Origin: Nitratidesulfovibrio vulgaris str. Hildenborough
GTDB lineage: Bacteria > Desulfobacterota > Desulfovibrionia > Desulfovibrionales > Desulfovibrionaceae
Reading direction: 5' to 3'
Length of the DNA stretch: 32,000 nt
NCBI RefSeq assembly: GCF_000195755.1
Contig: NC_005863.1
Coordinates: 120,001 to 152,000, forward strand
The notes under the pieces were generated by a model. That model did not search any database, was not told the origin of the DNA, and saw only the letters and a program-made list of their open reading frames with translations. Below, piece after piece: positions 1 through 9,017 of this stretch. Position numbers and translations under genes: made by a program. Every line of letters starts with the position of its first letter. The first letter of the stretch is position 1.

Positions 1-796
1 GCACGTAGTCTGCGAAGCCCACAGTGGGCACACGATTGACGGTGTCCGTCCACCGGGCCTCGGCCTCGGCGGGGACGACGGACCCGGTCGCCTCGTCGCG
101 TAGCGAGAAATACAGCCCGAAGGCCAGACCTTGGGCCTCCTGCGATGCCAGCACCGCCTTCTGCCATTGCTGGAAGGTCTGCACCTGCCGGATGCTGAAG
201 TCCTCCACGGCATAGGGCCCGCCCTGCCGCAGGTCGGCGCGGATGTCGGCCAGCATATAGTCGCTCGATTCGGAACCGTCGGTCAGCAGCACCACACGCC
301 GTGCCGTGGGAACGATCTTTCGCAGCAGGGACAGCGATTCGCGCACGTGCCAGCGTTCGCTCACCCCCGTGACGTTGGGTGCGGGGTACCCATAACGGGC
401 AAGAGGGGCGTTGACGCCACAGAACACCACCTGCGGCGTGTCGCGCCCCAGAAGATGGGGCACCACCAGCAGTTCCTGCACCGCATCGTCCACGGCGACC
501 ACCACCTGCGGCTTCTCCTCCGTGATGCGGGAGGCGATGGCAAGGGCCTTGCGCCGCTGGCTTGCGGGGTCGAGGTCGTGCTTGGCGTCGAGGTGGAACG
601 TCCTGATGGTGACGGGAAACCCGCGCAGGGCCGTCTGCAATCCCCGGTCGATGTTGCGGCACCAGATGAAATCGTCGTCGTAGCTGTGCACCACGAAGAG
701 CAATGCGGGTCTGGCTGGCGCAACGGCGTCGGCGAGGGCTGTCGCGACCACGCACAGCGAGAGGATGCAGAACAGACAGGCTACGGGCCAGCGCAT
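1..796 (-). CDS. Periplasmic ABC-type substrate-binding-like domain protein, N-terminal part. The gene continues past the left edge and is probably the sensor module of a signalling protein.
   Basis: Absent from the ORF track because it runs off the window. The reverse-strand ATG at 796-794 opens a frame that stays open to position 2. It encodes MRWPVACLFCILSLCVVATALADA (signal peptide), then LLFVVHSYDDDFIWCRNIDRGLQ...QVVFCGVNAP...NVTGVSERW, the pattern of COG2984/PF04392-type binding domains. Codons are GC3-rich. Confidence 0.6.
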   Translation of the reverse strand, partial: MRWPVACLFCILSLCVVATALADAVAPARPALLFVVHSYDDDFIWCRNIDRGLQTALRGFPVTIRTFHLDAKHDLDPASQRRKALAIASRITEEKPQVVVAVDDAVQELLVVPHLLGRDTPQVVFCGVNAPLARYGYPAPNVTGVSERWHVRESLSLLRKIVPTARRVVLLTDGSESSDYMLADIRADLRQGGPYAVEDFSIRQVQTFQQWQKAVLASQEAQGLAFGLYFSLRDEATGSVVPAEAEARWTDTVNRVPTVGFADYV

Positions 797-1228
797 GAAG
801 AACCCCGGACATGGACGGCCTACGTCGCGGCCACCTCGGGCGAGGCGGCAACACGACTTCATGCACTCTATGTAAAGATGCCGTCCTTTGTCCACACGCA
901 TGGAACACGCGAGCGTACAGCCGAGAACGGAGTCCGCACGAAGTTGCACACGGCCCCGGCCCCCTGCTGCATCATGCTGCATGACGAGCGTCCCATACTG
1001 CACGGCGAAGCCGCACCAGACGGGCATGGCGCGTCGGTCATACGGCCCGTGCGCAGGTGCATGTCACGATGGAACGTCCGCGCCAGCTGGCGTAACAGGC
1101 GTACAGGAATGGTGCTTGTGCGCTCATGCGGACAAGGCGTGGCAGGCGGGCGCCTCTCCGGAACAAGGAAGACCGCCACGCCGTCTGGGTGCCTCCGGCG
1201 ATGGGGGCTGAAGCAGGGGACAGGACCC

Positions 1229-1270
1229 CGAAAAGAAACGGGGAGTGTCAGGAATACCGACACTCCCCGT
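1229..1270 (-). terminator. Rho-independent terminator downstream of the PEP-CTERM gene
   Basis: Perfect 12-bp stem: acggggagtgtc (1238-1249) pairs with gacactccccgt (1259-1270), with a 9-nt loop. On the minus strand it is followed by UUCUUUUCG. It lies 19 nt after the stop at 1289. Confidence 0.8.
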
Positions 1271-1288
1271 CCGGGTTCGCAGATGTTG

Positions 1289-1906
1289 CTAGACGTCGCG
1301 CTGGCGATTGCGGCGCAGCAGGGCGAGTGCACCGAAGCCGAGGCCCATCAGGATGATGGTCGAAGGTTCGGGCGTAGGCACGGTGGGGTCGTCGATGACC
1401 GCACGGTCCACGTTCAGGATGTGGAAGGCGTAGTTGCTGGTGCGGTAGCCGTTGGCGGGCTGGTCCCACGATGCGATGGGAATGGGGTTGGTGCCGTCGA
1501 AATCGAACCCCTGCGAGAGCAGGTCGCCGACGTTGAAGTTGTTGTACGTGGAGAGCGTGAGGATGTAGGACCCCGGCGCAAGATTCACGGTGTAGTACGA
1601 GTCCCAGTTGCCATGAGTGTAGAGAATGCCGTTGGATGCCGTGGAACCTGTCCTTCCCCCGTCATCCTGGAATTCGATCTTGTTCCCCGCCGCGCTCCAC
1701 AGGCCCAGCATGGGGTCGAAGCCGCCATCATCCCATGAGGAGCTGAAGAACGTGCGATCACCCGTCGTACTCACGTCAAAGTCGAATCTCAAGACTGTGT
1801 TGTGATACGGGAGGTTGCCGAAAAAGTCGTAGTCCATCGCCGCTGAAGCTTGCCCTATCTGTGAAAACATCATGAACATCGAAAGAAGTAAGATTCTGAT
1901 TGCCAT
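1289..1906 (-). CDS. Secreted beta-sandwich-like protein with a C-terminal PEP-CTERM sorting signal (recalled as the DVUA0089 family)
   Basis: An AAGGAG RBS lies 6-11 nt upstream of the ATG at 1906. The N-terminus is a signal peptide, MAIRILLLSMFMMFSQIGQASA. The C-terminus, VPTPEPSTIILMGLGFGALALLRRNRQRD, has the PEP motif, a TM helix and a basic tail. The ORF-track start at 1972 lacks an RBS and a signal peptide. Confidence 0.8.
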   Translation of the reverse strand: MAIRILLLSMFMMFSQIGQASAAMDYDFFGNLPYHNTVLRFDFDVSTTGDRTFFSSSWDDGGFDPMLGLWSAAGNKIEFQDDGGRTGSTASNGILYTHGNWDSYYTVNLAPGSYILTLSTYNNFNVGDLLSQGFDFDGTNPIPIASWDQPANGYRTSNYAFHILNVDRAVIDDPTVPTPEPSTIILMGLGFGALALLRRNRQRDV

Positions 1907-2485
1907 GGCCGACTCCTTTATTGCGTTATTCCACCTCCAAGCAAATTGCATTCCATAAAATTCTCCTTTCATGATACATTGTTATATGTGAAAGATGTGT
2001 CGAGAAACCTTACACTCACTGCCTTGCTTTACATGCCCCCCTCCTCCTCTCGCACGCTGGCGGGCTGCCGCCTCGCGGACGGCCCCTTCGCACCACCGCC
2101 AGAAGCGCCACCACAGGCAGAATGGCACACAACATACTGTCATTGCATGAAGTATGGTCTGCAAGGGCTCCGATACGCCACGGGCCCAGCGATGCCGACA
2201 CCAACGGACTATTGCCAGCGGACACGACAGGCACTACACCGGAGCACCGCAAGAACGGCTGCCGGGGCACGACGTGCCTGCGCCCTGCATGGCCCGGCCC
2301 GAACCTGCCTGAACCGGCCTGAACCGGACTGCCTGGGTCTGCCCAAGTCTGCCCCGATCCGGCAGGCGCACCCGGTGCCGGGGCTCACGCCTCACGGCAC
2401 GCACCTCGATCATCTACGGCAGGCAACCGTCCTGCGTTCGCACCTGCGCCGCCTTTGCGGTGCCAACCGTCTCCATGGAGAGAAC

Positions 2486-3358
2486 ATGACCGGCCCGGCT
2501 ATCAACAGTGCCTGCATCGTGGCAGGGGCTGTCCTCGGAAGCCTGCTCGCCCGCAGGGTGGGCAGTTCGTTCCAGAAGAACATCATGCTCGTGTTCGGCT
2601 GCATCAGCACCGGGCTTGGCATCTTCATGATAGGCAAGGCCCACGCCATGCCACCCATCGTCTGTTCGCTCATGGCGGGTACGGTGCTTGGGGAGTTGTT
2701 CCGGCTGGAGCATATCGTCGTGCGCCTCTCGCACAAGGTGGCGGGCTTCTTCGCCCGCCGGAGCGCACGACGGGCCGCGCGCAAGGCCGCCCGCATGACC
2801 GCGCAGGCAGGGGCGAACGCTACAGTCGCAGCCTCGGGCGCAGTCACGGGCACAGTCACAGGCGCAGCAGATGCAGGTACGCCGGATGCGGCGACACCGG
2901 CTTCACCATGCGCCGCGCCCGACGCCGCCAGACCCTCCGTGAGCATCGAGGCCATTCAGGAGCAGTTCGCCGTGTTCACCGTGGTGTTCTCCGCCAGCGG
3001 TCTCGGCTTCTTCGGCGCCATGCAGGAGGGGCTCACGGGCGACTTCACCATGCTGCTCATCAAGTCGCTTCTCGACCTGCCCACCGCCATGTTCATCGCC
3101 GCCAACATCGGTGCCGTCATCGGCGTCCTCTGCGTGCCGCAGTTCGTCATCCAGATGGCGGTGCTGCTCTCGGCGGGTTTCGTGTCCCACTGGGCGACGC
3201 CCGCCGTGCTGGCCGACTTCTCGGGCTGCGGGGGCTTCATCATGCTCGCCACGGGGCTGCGCATGTGCGGCATCGTGCAGTTTCCCATTCTCAGCATGCT
3301 GCCCGCCCTGCTGCTTGCCATGCCCGTGTCCGCCCTCTGGGTGCATCTCATCGGCTAG
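2486..3358 (+). CDS. DUF554 (YdfK/YqgA-like) integral membrane protein with a low-complexity Ala/Thr/Pro-rich central insert
   Basis: A GGAGAG RBS precedes the ATG at 2486. The sequence MTGPAINSACIVAGAVLGSLLARR...GLGFFGAMQEGLTGDFTMLLIKSLLDLPTAMFIAANIGAVIG is typical of DUF554. The upstream 180 codons of the track ORF are Arg/Pro-rich and look non-coding. Confidence 0.75.
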   Translation: MTGPAINSACIVAGAVLGSLLARRVGSSFQKNIMLVFGCISTGLGIFMIGKAHAMPPIVCSLMAGTVLGELFRLEHIVVRLSHKVAGFFARRSARRAARKAARMTAQAGANATVAASGAVTGTVTGAADAGTPDAATPASPCAAPDAARPSVSIEAIQEQFAVFTVVFSASGLGFFGAMQEGLTGDFTMLLIKSLLDLPTAMFIAANIGAVIGVLCVPQFVIQMAVLLSAGFVSHWATPAVLADFSGCGGFIMLATGLRMCGIVQFPILSMLPALLLAMPVSALWVHLIG

Positions 3359-3494
3359 CCACCGTTTGCCGTTGACCGGAAAGAGGTGCACGAACGGAAC
3401 AGGTCTGATACGCTGAAAGGGAGTACCAAGCCCATGCGTTGCAGCAGCGCGCCCAGAAGTTGCGGCCACGCCACACCCTTTCAAGGAGGACCCC

Positions 3495-4952
3495 GTGGAC
3501 AAGAAGCGATTGACGACCAACGCCGGCGCTCCCGTCGCAGACAACCAGAACGTCATGACGGCGGGGCCGCGCGGCCCTCAACTGCTGCAAGACGTATGGT
3601 TCCTTGAGAAACTCGCCCACTTCGACCGGGAGGTCATCCCCGAAAGGCGGATGCACGCCAAGGGGTCGGGGGCCTTCGGCACGTTCACCGTGACCCACGA
3701 CATCACGCGCTACACCCGCGCCGCCATATTCTCTGAAGTGGGCAAGAAGACGGACCTGTTCGTGCGCTTCTCGACCGTGGCGGGCGAACGCGGCGCAGCC
3801 GACGCCGAACGCGACATCCGTGGCTTCGCCGTCAAGTTCTACACCGAACAGGGCAACTGGGACATGGTGGGCAACAACACTCCCGTGTTCTTCCTGCGCG
3901 ACCCGCTCAAATTCCCCGACCTCAACCACGCCGTGAAGCGCGACCCGCGCACCAACCTGCGCAGCGCACGCAACAACTGGGACTTCTGGACCAGCCTGCC
4001 CGAGGCCCTGCATCAGGTCACGGTCGTCATGAGCGACCGGGGCATTCCCGCCACCTATCGCCACATGCACGGCTTCGGCAGCCACACCTTCAGCTTCATC
4101 AACGCAAAGGGTGAACGCTTCTGGTGCAAGTTCCACTTCAAGACGCAGCAGGGCATCAAGAACCTGACGGATGCCGAAGCCGAGGCCATCGTCGGCAAAT
4201 GCCGTGAAAGCCACCAGCGCGACCTGTACGACAGCATCGAACGGGGCGACTTCCCCCGATGGACCATGTATGTCCAGGTCATGACCGAAGAGAAGGCGGC
4301 AGCCCTGCCCTACCACCCCTTCGACCTGACCAAGGTCTGGTACCATGACGACGCGCCGCTCATCGAAGTGGGCGTTCTAGAACTGAACCGCAACCCCGAG
4401 AACTACTTCGCAGAGGTCGAACAGGCGGCCTTCAACCCGGCCAACGTGGTGCCGGGCATCGGCTTCTCGCCCGACAAGATGTTGCAGGGGCGGCTGTTCT
4501 CGTATGGCGACGCCCAGCGCTACCGCCTTGGCGTCAACCACCACCTCATCCCCGTCAACATGCCCCGCTGCCCCTTCCACAGCTACCACCGTGACGGCAT
4601 GATGCGCGTGGACGGCAACCACGGCAGCACCCTCGCCTATGAGCCGAACAGCTACGGCGAATGGCAGGAACAACCCGGCTTCGCCGAACCGCCCCTCGAA
4701 CTGAGCGGCGCGGCAGCCCACTGGAACGCACGTGAGGACGACGCCGACTACTTCACCCAGCCGGGCAAGCTCTTCAGGCTGATGACCCCAGCGCAGCAGG
4801 AGGAACTCTTCGGCAACACCGCCCGCGCCCTCGGCGATGCGCCCGATGCGATCAAGCTGCGGCACATCGGCAACTGCCTGAAGGCCGACCCCGCCTACGG
4901 AAACGGCGTGGCGAAGGCTCTCGGGCTCGACCCCGCAAAGGCACTGGGCTAG
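3495..4952 (+). CDS. katA: Monofunctional heme catalase (small-subunit type)
   Basis: An AAGGAGG RBS lies 5 nt before the GTG start. Hallmarks are [37 protein letters not shown]-like ([20 protein letters not shown]), [22 protein letters not shown], and a proximal Tyr region [14 protein letters not shown]. Confidence 0.97.
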   Translation: MDKKRLTTNAGAPVADNQNVMTAGPRGPQLLQDVWFLEKLAHFDREVIPERRMHAKGSGAFGTFTVTHDITRYTRAAIFSEVGKKTDLFVRFSTVAGERGAADAERDIRGFAVKFYTEQGNWDMVGNNTPVFFLRDPLKFPDLNHAVKRDPRTNLRSARNNWDFWTSLPEALHQVTVVMSDRGIPATYRHMHGFGSHTFSFINAKGERFWCKFHFKTQQGIKNLTDAEAEAIVGKCRESHQRDLYDSIERGDFPRWTMYVQVMTEEKAAALPYHPFDLTKVWYHDDAPLIEVGVLELNRNPENYFAEVEQAAFNPANVVPGIGFSPDKMLQGRLFSYGDAQRYRLGVNHHLIPVNMPRCPFHSYHRDGMMRVDGNHGSTLAYEPNSYGEWQEQPGFAEPPLELSGAAAHWNAREDDADYFTQPGKLFRLMTPAQQEELFGNTARALGDAPDAIKLRHIGNCLKADPAYGNGVAKALGLDPAKALG

Positions 4953-4976
4953 CCCGCACCCTCCCCGTAACGACAC

Positions 4977-5014
4977 CGAAGGCCCCGCGACCAGTCATGG
5001 TTGCGGGGCCTTCG
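4977..5014. terminator. GC-rich stem-loop between the convergent katA and the 5171-5650 ORF (possible bidirectional terminator, no clear U-tract)
   Basis: cgaaggccccgc (4977-4988) pairs perfectly with gcggggccttcg (5003-5014). The 14-nt loop contains an extra ACCA/TGGT pairing. Confidence 0.4.
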
Positions 5015-5170
5015 ACGATGGTGCCGGTACGTTGCACTTGCTGTGGTCGCCCGACCGTACCCCGCCGATGCATGTCGCTCGGGGACGAGTGCCGCCGCGC
5101 GACTGCGCCGAACATCCGGGCAATGGTCGCGGGCACCTGCGGGACAGGAAGAACCCCGGCGAACGTGCAC

Positions 5171-5650
5171 CTAGTAGCGCGGGCGAACCCGTTCGGTGGC
5201 ACCGCCCGAACCGCCAGAACCACCCGCCCCACCAGACCCGCCCGACTGTTTGGCGAGTTCGGCCTGCGCCTCGGCAAGCTGCCCCTGAATCTGCACCAGT
5301 TCAGAGCGTTTGGCCTCGATGAGCTTCTGCTTCACCTCGTCGGGCATGGATGATGCTTCAAGCTTCTGGATTTCCGCCTCTATCTCCTTCATCCGCTTGC
5401 GAAGGTTCTCGATGACCTGTTCGGCGGCGGACTTGGCGTCTTCCGACTTGTCCTGCCCGGAGGCGGCCTGCATCTGCTTCGACAGTTTCAGCCCATGCTC
5501 CGAGATGCTCACGACATCGCCGCCGGATGAGGCGGGCTTCGTGGTGCCGTCCGTCTCTTCCGTCCCCGCGGTACGGGCAAGTCGCAACGTACTGCCCGAC
5601 GTCGCGCCGGACGCCCTGCCGTATTGCTCCATGTCGATGGTGATGCCCAT
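5171..5650 (-). CDS. Hypothetical coiled-coil protein with a Gly-rich tail (FlxA-like pattern)
   Basis: An AGGAG RBS lies upstream of the ATG at 5650. ENLRKRMKEIEAEIQKLEASSMPDEVKQKLIEAKRSELVQIQGQLAEAQ resembles the FlxA-like heptad pattern, and the C-terminus is GGSGGAGGSGGSGG. It lies downstream of chrA on the same strand. Confidence 0.7.
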   Translation of the reverse strand: MGITIDMEQYGRASGATSGSTLRLARTAGTEETDGTTKPASSGGDVVSISEHGLKLSKQMQAASGQDKSEDAKSAAEQVIENLRKRMKEIEAEIQKLEASSMPDEVKQKLIEAKRSELVQIQGQLAEAQAELAKQSGGSGGAGGSGGSGGATERVRPRY

Positions 5651-5838
5651 GACGACTCCTGATTTCAGGTGATGCTGCGCTGTGGCATGACCTCTTGTCG
5701 GCAGTCCGTCGCAGAACCTTTAGAGTGACGACTACCGTGTGCGGCAGAGGGCACGTGCGGCGCATTCACGAGTGCGGTGCCTCACGCCCCGCGCAAGGCA
5801 AGGCATGCATCCGGAAACCGCCGCACAGGTACCGCCTG

Positions 5839-7179
5839 TCACAGCAGCAGCTTCATGGCCCAGCCGGACAGGGCGCACAGCCCCAGCGTCACCCCCATGC
5901 CCAGACGGAAGCGGGTCATGGCGAAGACGGCGACGGCGCTCAACGCAAAGGCCCCGGCATCGAAGCTTGCCAGCACCGGAACGGGCAGCAGCAGCCCCAC
6001 GGGGCCGTCCCAGTCCTGAACCCGCGTGAACAGGGTATGCAGGCCGAACCATGCAGACAGGTTGAGGATGACCCCCACGACAGCTGCGGTCACTCCGGCG
6101 AAGGCCGCGGAAAGCGCCTTGTTGGCCCTCACCTTCTCCATGTACGGGGCACCGAGGAATATCCACAGGAAGCACGGCGTGAACGTGACCCACACGGCAA
6201 GCGTACCCCCGAGGACGCCCGCCACGACCGGATGCAGGGCACCGGGTGCCGCGTAGGCGGCCATGAAGCCGACATATTGCAGCACAAGGATGAGCGGGCC
6301 GGGGGTCGTCTCCGCAAGGGCCAGTCCGCTGATCATGTCCCCCGGCGAAAGCCACTGGTAGTTCTCCACCGCCTGCTGGGCCACATAGGTCAGCACGGCA
6401 TAGGCACCGCCGAAGGTGACGACCGCCATCTTGCTGAAGAAGAGCGCGATGTGCGCGTACACGCTGTCCCACCCTGCCAGCCATCCGCTGGCCGCCACGG
6501 GTATGAACCAGAGGGCCGACCACATGGCCAGCGTGCGCAGGCTTCTGCCCGTGTCGGGGTGGACGTGGTCGGGCAGCGGTTCTGCGTCTCCGGGCACAGC
6601 GGCCCCGGCGGCCCCGGCAGGCGCGGCAGCCCTGTCACGCCCCGCCTTCAGCCAGCCCAGCAGGGCCGCACAGCCGATGACCCACGGAAAGGGAACCCTG
6701 AACGCGAAGAGCGCCATGAAGGCCATGCCCGCAAGACATACGGCGAAGGGCGTTCGCAGCGACTTCCTGCCCATGCGCAGCACGGCACCGATGACGATGG
6801 CGAGGACGGCGGGCTTCAGGCCATAGAACAGTGCCTCCACTGCTGGCACCTGACGGTAGCCCGCATACAGGATGCTGAGGGCCATGATGACGCAGTAGCC
6901 GGGCAGGATGAAGAGCGTGCCCGCCACGATGCCGCCCCACGTCCGGTGCAGCAGCCAGCCCACGTAGGTGGCCAGTTGCTGCGCCTCCGGCCCCGGCAGG
7001 AAATGGCAGTAGTTCAGGGCATGGAGGAACCGCTCGTTGTCGACCCACTTCTTCTCTTCGACGAGGGTCTTGTGCATCAGGGCAATCTGCCCCGCAGGGC
7101 CGCCGAAGCCCAGCAGGCCGATGCGCAGCCACGTGCGGAACGCCTCGGAGAAGGAAGGAACCTGCCTTGCGTCCATCAT
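5839..7179 (-). CDS. chrA: Chromate ion transporter (CHR family, two-domain long form)
   Basis: FRTWLRIGLLGFGGPAGQIALMHKTLVEEKKWVDNERFLHALNYCHFLPGPEAQQLATYVGW, with a second repeated half ...FGGAYAVLTYVAQQAV...GLALAETTPGPLI. The start is 6 nt after the chrB stop. Confidence 0.95.
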   Translation of the reverse strand: MMDARQVPSFSEAFRTWLRIGLLGFGGPAGQIALMHKTLVEEKKWVDNERFLHALNYCHFLPGPEAQQLATYVGWLLHRTWGGIVAGTLFILPGYCVIMALSILYAGYRQVPAVEALFYGLKPAVLAIVIGAVLRMGRKSLRTPFAVCLAGMAFMALFAFRVPFPWVIGCAALLGWLKAGRDRAAAPAGAAGAAVPGDAEPLPDHVHPDTGRSLRTLAMWSALWFIPVAASGWLAGWDSVYAHIALFFSKMAVVTFGGAYAVLTYVAQQAVENYQWLSPGDMISGLALAETTPGPLILVLQYVGFMAAYAAPGALHPVVAGVLGGTLAVWVTFTPCFLWIFLGAPYMEKVRANKALSAAFAGVTAAVVGVILNLSAWFGLHTLFTRVQDWDGPVGLLLPVPVLASFDAGAFALSAVAVFAMTRFRLGMGVTLGLCALSGWAMKLLL

Positions 7180-7185
7180 GCGCCC

Positions 7186-8160
7186 CTATGCCGACCCGGC
7201 GTGCCTGAAGTGTTCGTACAGCATGTCCAGCAGTCTTCCGCCGTTCTCGACCCGGCGCCGGTCGTCGTCGCTGCCGAGGCAGATGCCGTTCAGCAGGGCG
7301 AGCACGCCCGCCGATTCGGGGCGCACCGGGGCGCGTTCGTCGAGGTCGATGTCGTGCACGACCTGTCCAAGCATGGCGAGGGCCTTGTCCGCCCCGAGAC
7401 CGAAACGGCGCAACAGCACTTCGAACGTGCAAAGCGGCCCTTCGTGCGTGAAGTCGCCACCCACCATGTCGAACAGGATGGCCCCCTCGGGCGCGTTGTC
7501 AGGGTCGAACATGACCGTCGCCCCGGCGTCGATGAACCGCCGTATGAGCCATGAACAGGCGATGCGGTCGACATGCACTCCGGGCCGTGTCGCCCACACG
7601 CGCCCTGCATAGTCGGCAACGTCAAGCGTGCCGGGGCCGGGGCGCACGCCCTGCGCCTGTTCCTCGAGCCAGCCGTCGAGGGCTGACAGCAGCCCTTCGA
7701 CAGCGCCGCGGCCTTGCGCCCCGAAGAAGTCGAGGGCCAGCACCGCCTCGTAGCGGGCCTTGAGTTGCGTGCACCACTGGCGGGCCTGCTGGACGGCGGC
7801 ATCATCGGCCGAAGAGGGTGCCGTCAGTCCTTCGACCAGCGGCTGGAACTCCCCGGCGAGGCTGCGGTAGTCGGCCTCGCGGGCCTCGGTGAACAGGCGT
7901 CTGATGTCCGCATCGGAAAGCCCGCCGCCATCGAGACCGTCGAAGGTGGCACGGCACACATAGGCCTTGCCTCCGCCCTGCTCTATCTCCTGTGCCAGCC
8001 AGACGAGGGCGTCACGATGCGGCGCGGTGTCGGGCAGCACGTAGACCGAGTTCTTCACGGGCATGGCACCCAGTGCCGCCAGCCTGCGGGCGACCTTCGC
8101 CCGCAGATACGGGGGACGGGGCGGGATGTTGTGGATGCAGAGCAACCACGGGTGGTGCAT
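7186..8160 (-). CDS. chrB: Chromate resistance protein ChrB
   Basis: The start is placed at the ATG at 8160 (MHHPWLLCIHNIPPRPPYLRAKVARRLAALGAMPVKNSVYVLP), the canonical ChrB N-terminus. The C-terminal domain reads WATRPGVHVDRIACSWLIRRFIDAGATVMF. The longer track ORF (to 8448) overlaps the rhodanese gene out of frame. Confidence 0.9.
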   Translation of the reverse strand: MHHPWLLCIHNIPPRPPYLRAKVARRLAALGAMPVKNSVYVLPDTAPHRDALVWLAQEIEQGGGKAYVCRATFDGLDGGGLSDADIRRLFTEAREADYRSLAGEFQPLVEGLTAPSSADDAAVQQARQWCTQLKARYEAVLALDFFGAQGRGAVEGLLSALDGWLEEQAQGVRPGPGTLDVADYAGRVWATRPGVHVDRIACSWLIRRFIDAGATVMFDPDNAPEGAILFDMVGGDFTHEGPLCTFEVLLRRFGLGADKALAMLGQVVHDIDLDERAPVRPESAGVLALLNGICLGSDDDRRRVENGGRLLDMLYEHFRHAGSA

Positions 8161-8176
8161 CCCGTCCTGCGCCGCT

Positions 8177-8488
8177 CTAGCCTTTCCCACGATGGGCCTC
8201 CCACGCTGCAAGTCCGCCGTCGAGGATGCGCACGTCGCATCCCTTCGCGGTGAGGGTCGCGTGCACGGCGGCACTGACCGAACCGCCCCGCACGCAGTAG
8301 ATGACCACGGGCTTGTCGGGTGCAAGCTCATGCGCCCATGCCTCAGCCTCTTCGGGCGAACGCCACTCGGCCCCCGGAATGCCGCCCCCTGCGGCAGCAC
8401 GGTCGGCGGGCCGCCGCACATCGAGCAGCCTGACGGCCTTGGCTGCAAGCAGCCTTTCGAGTTCGTCGGGTGATATCCTGTCTGTCAT
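8177..8488 (-). CDS. Single-domain rhodanese-like sulfurtransferase
   Basis: 103 aa with LLDVRRPADRA...KPVVIYCVRGGSVSAAV (an active-site Cys loop) ...LDGGLAAWE. It lies directly upstream of chrB. Confidence 0.85.
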   Translation of the reverse strand: MTDRISPDELERLLAAKAVRLLDVRRPADRAAAGGGIPGAEWRSPEEAEAWAHELAPDKPVVIYCVRGGSVSAAVHATLTAKGCDVRILDGGLAAWEAHRGKG

Positions 8489-8524
8489 GGTCGACTCCTC
8501 CGGGCATGACGCCCTGCGGATGAA

Positions 8525-8545
8525 GGGGCCGGGAACCCCGGCCCC
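8525..8545 (-). terminator. GC-rich hairpin between the small ORF and the rhodanese gene (weak terminator or processing signal)
   Basis: ggggccggg (8525-8533) pairs with cccggcccc (8537-8545) around a 3-nt loop. On the minus strand only a weak T-containing tail follows. Confidence 0.3.
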
Positions 8546-8551
8546 ACGGGT

Positions 8552-8830
8552 CTATCCGCCGAAATACTTCAGGCAATCCTGAAGGTTCGCCGTATGGCTG
8601 GCAATCTGCTTGCCGAACCTGCACTTCAGGTCGTCCACGAGATGATACACGTATTCCTGTGCGGCCTCATCGCCGTATTGCTTGCGGAACATCTCGGCGT
8701 TGGCAAGCACCTTCGAGAAATCATGACGCTCGTACTTCGACTCGGGCGCGTCAATCCACTCGTGAACCTCGCGGTATTCCTTGCCGGTTCGCGCCACGCT
8801 GGCGGCGATGTGTTCATTGAGTTCAGGCAT
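8552..8830 (-). CDS. Small conserved hypothetical protein (92 aa)
   Basis: An AGGAGA RBS lies 5 nt before the ATG at 8830. The sequence MPELNEHIAASVARTGKEYREVHEWIDAPESKYERHDFSKV... has balanced composition. The 60-codon N-terminal extension in the track ORF is Arg/Pro/His-rich and covers an 18-bp tandem repeat. Confidence 0.7.
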   Translation of the reverse strand: MPELNEHIAASVARTGKEYREVHEWIDAPESKYERHDFSKVLANAEMFRKQYGDEAAQEYVYHLVDDLKCRFGKQIASHTANLQDCLKYFGG

Positions 8831-8886
8831 GGGGGTCTCCTGTCGTTGTGGTCGGTATGGACGTTGTGGGCGTTCCCGGCCCAATT

Positions 8887-8922
8887 GCACCGGATGCAGC
8901 GGGTGCACCGGATGCAGCGGGT
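8887..8922. repeat. 18-bp perfect tandem duplication, gcaccggatgcagcgggt x2
   Basis: Units at 8887-8904 and 8905-8922 are identical. GCACCGG recurs at 8940-8946. The repeat lies in the divergent intergenic region between the small ORF and the MFS gene. Confidence 0.9.
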
Positions 8923-9017
8923 GCGGGAATGTGCCGGTCGCACCGGGTACGCGGAATGCCCGGCAGGGCCGGGTGCGGCGTTGCGCCACCGACCGGGAAG
9001 ACGCCTTCACGGTCTTT

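Noticed and set aside
131-1738. 535-aa plus-strand ORF, the longest ORF at the left end
   Set aside because: It is Arg/Gly/His/Pro-rich with no recognisable domain. It lies antisense to two well-supported minus-strand genes (the partial binding-domain gene and the PEP-CTERM gene) and spans their intergenic terminator. This is a typical GC-driven shadow ORF.
5695-7554. 619-aa plus-strand ORF across chrA/chrB
   Set aside because: It is antisense to the unambiguous chrA and chrB genes. Composition is extremely Arg/Gly/His/Pro-rich and no RBS is present.
8552-8830. The 92-aa ORF (C-terminus ...CLKYFGG) as a RiPP precursor for the radical-SAM/SPASM enzyme
   Set aside because: It is too long and globular-looking for a precursor. 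It is on the opposite strand, separated by the MFS gene and a 330-bp gap, and has no Cys/Ser/Thr-rich core. The link is only weakly positional.
8552-9010. Long 152-aa version of the small ORF, which would encode an HPLHPV HPLHPV repeat
   Set aside because: The extension is Arg/Pro-rich with no RBS. A strong AGGAGA RBS precedes the internal ATG at 8830, so the 18-bp repeat is more plausibly non-coding.
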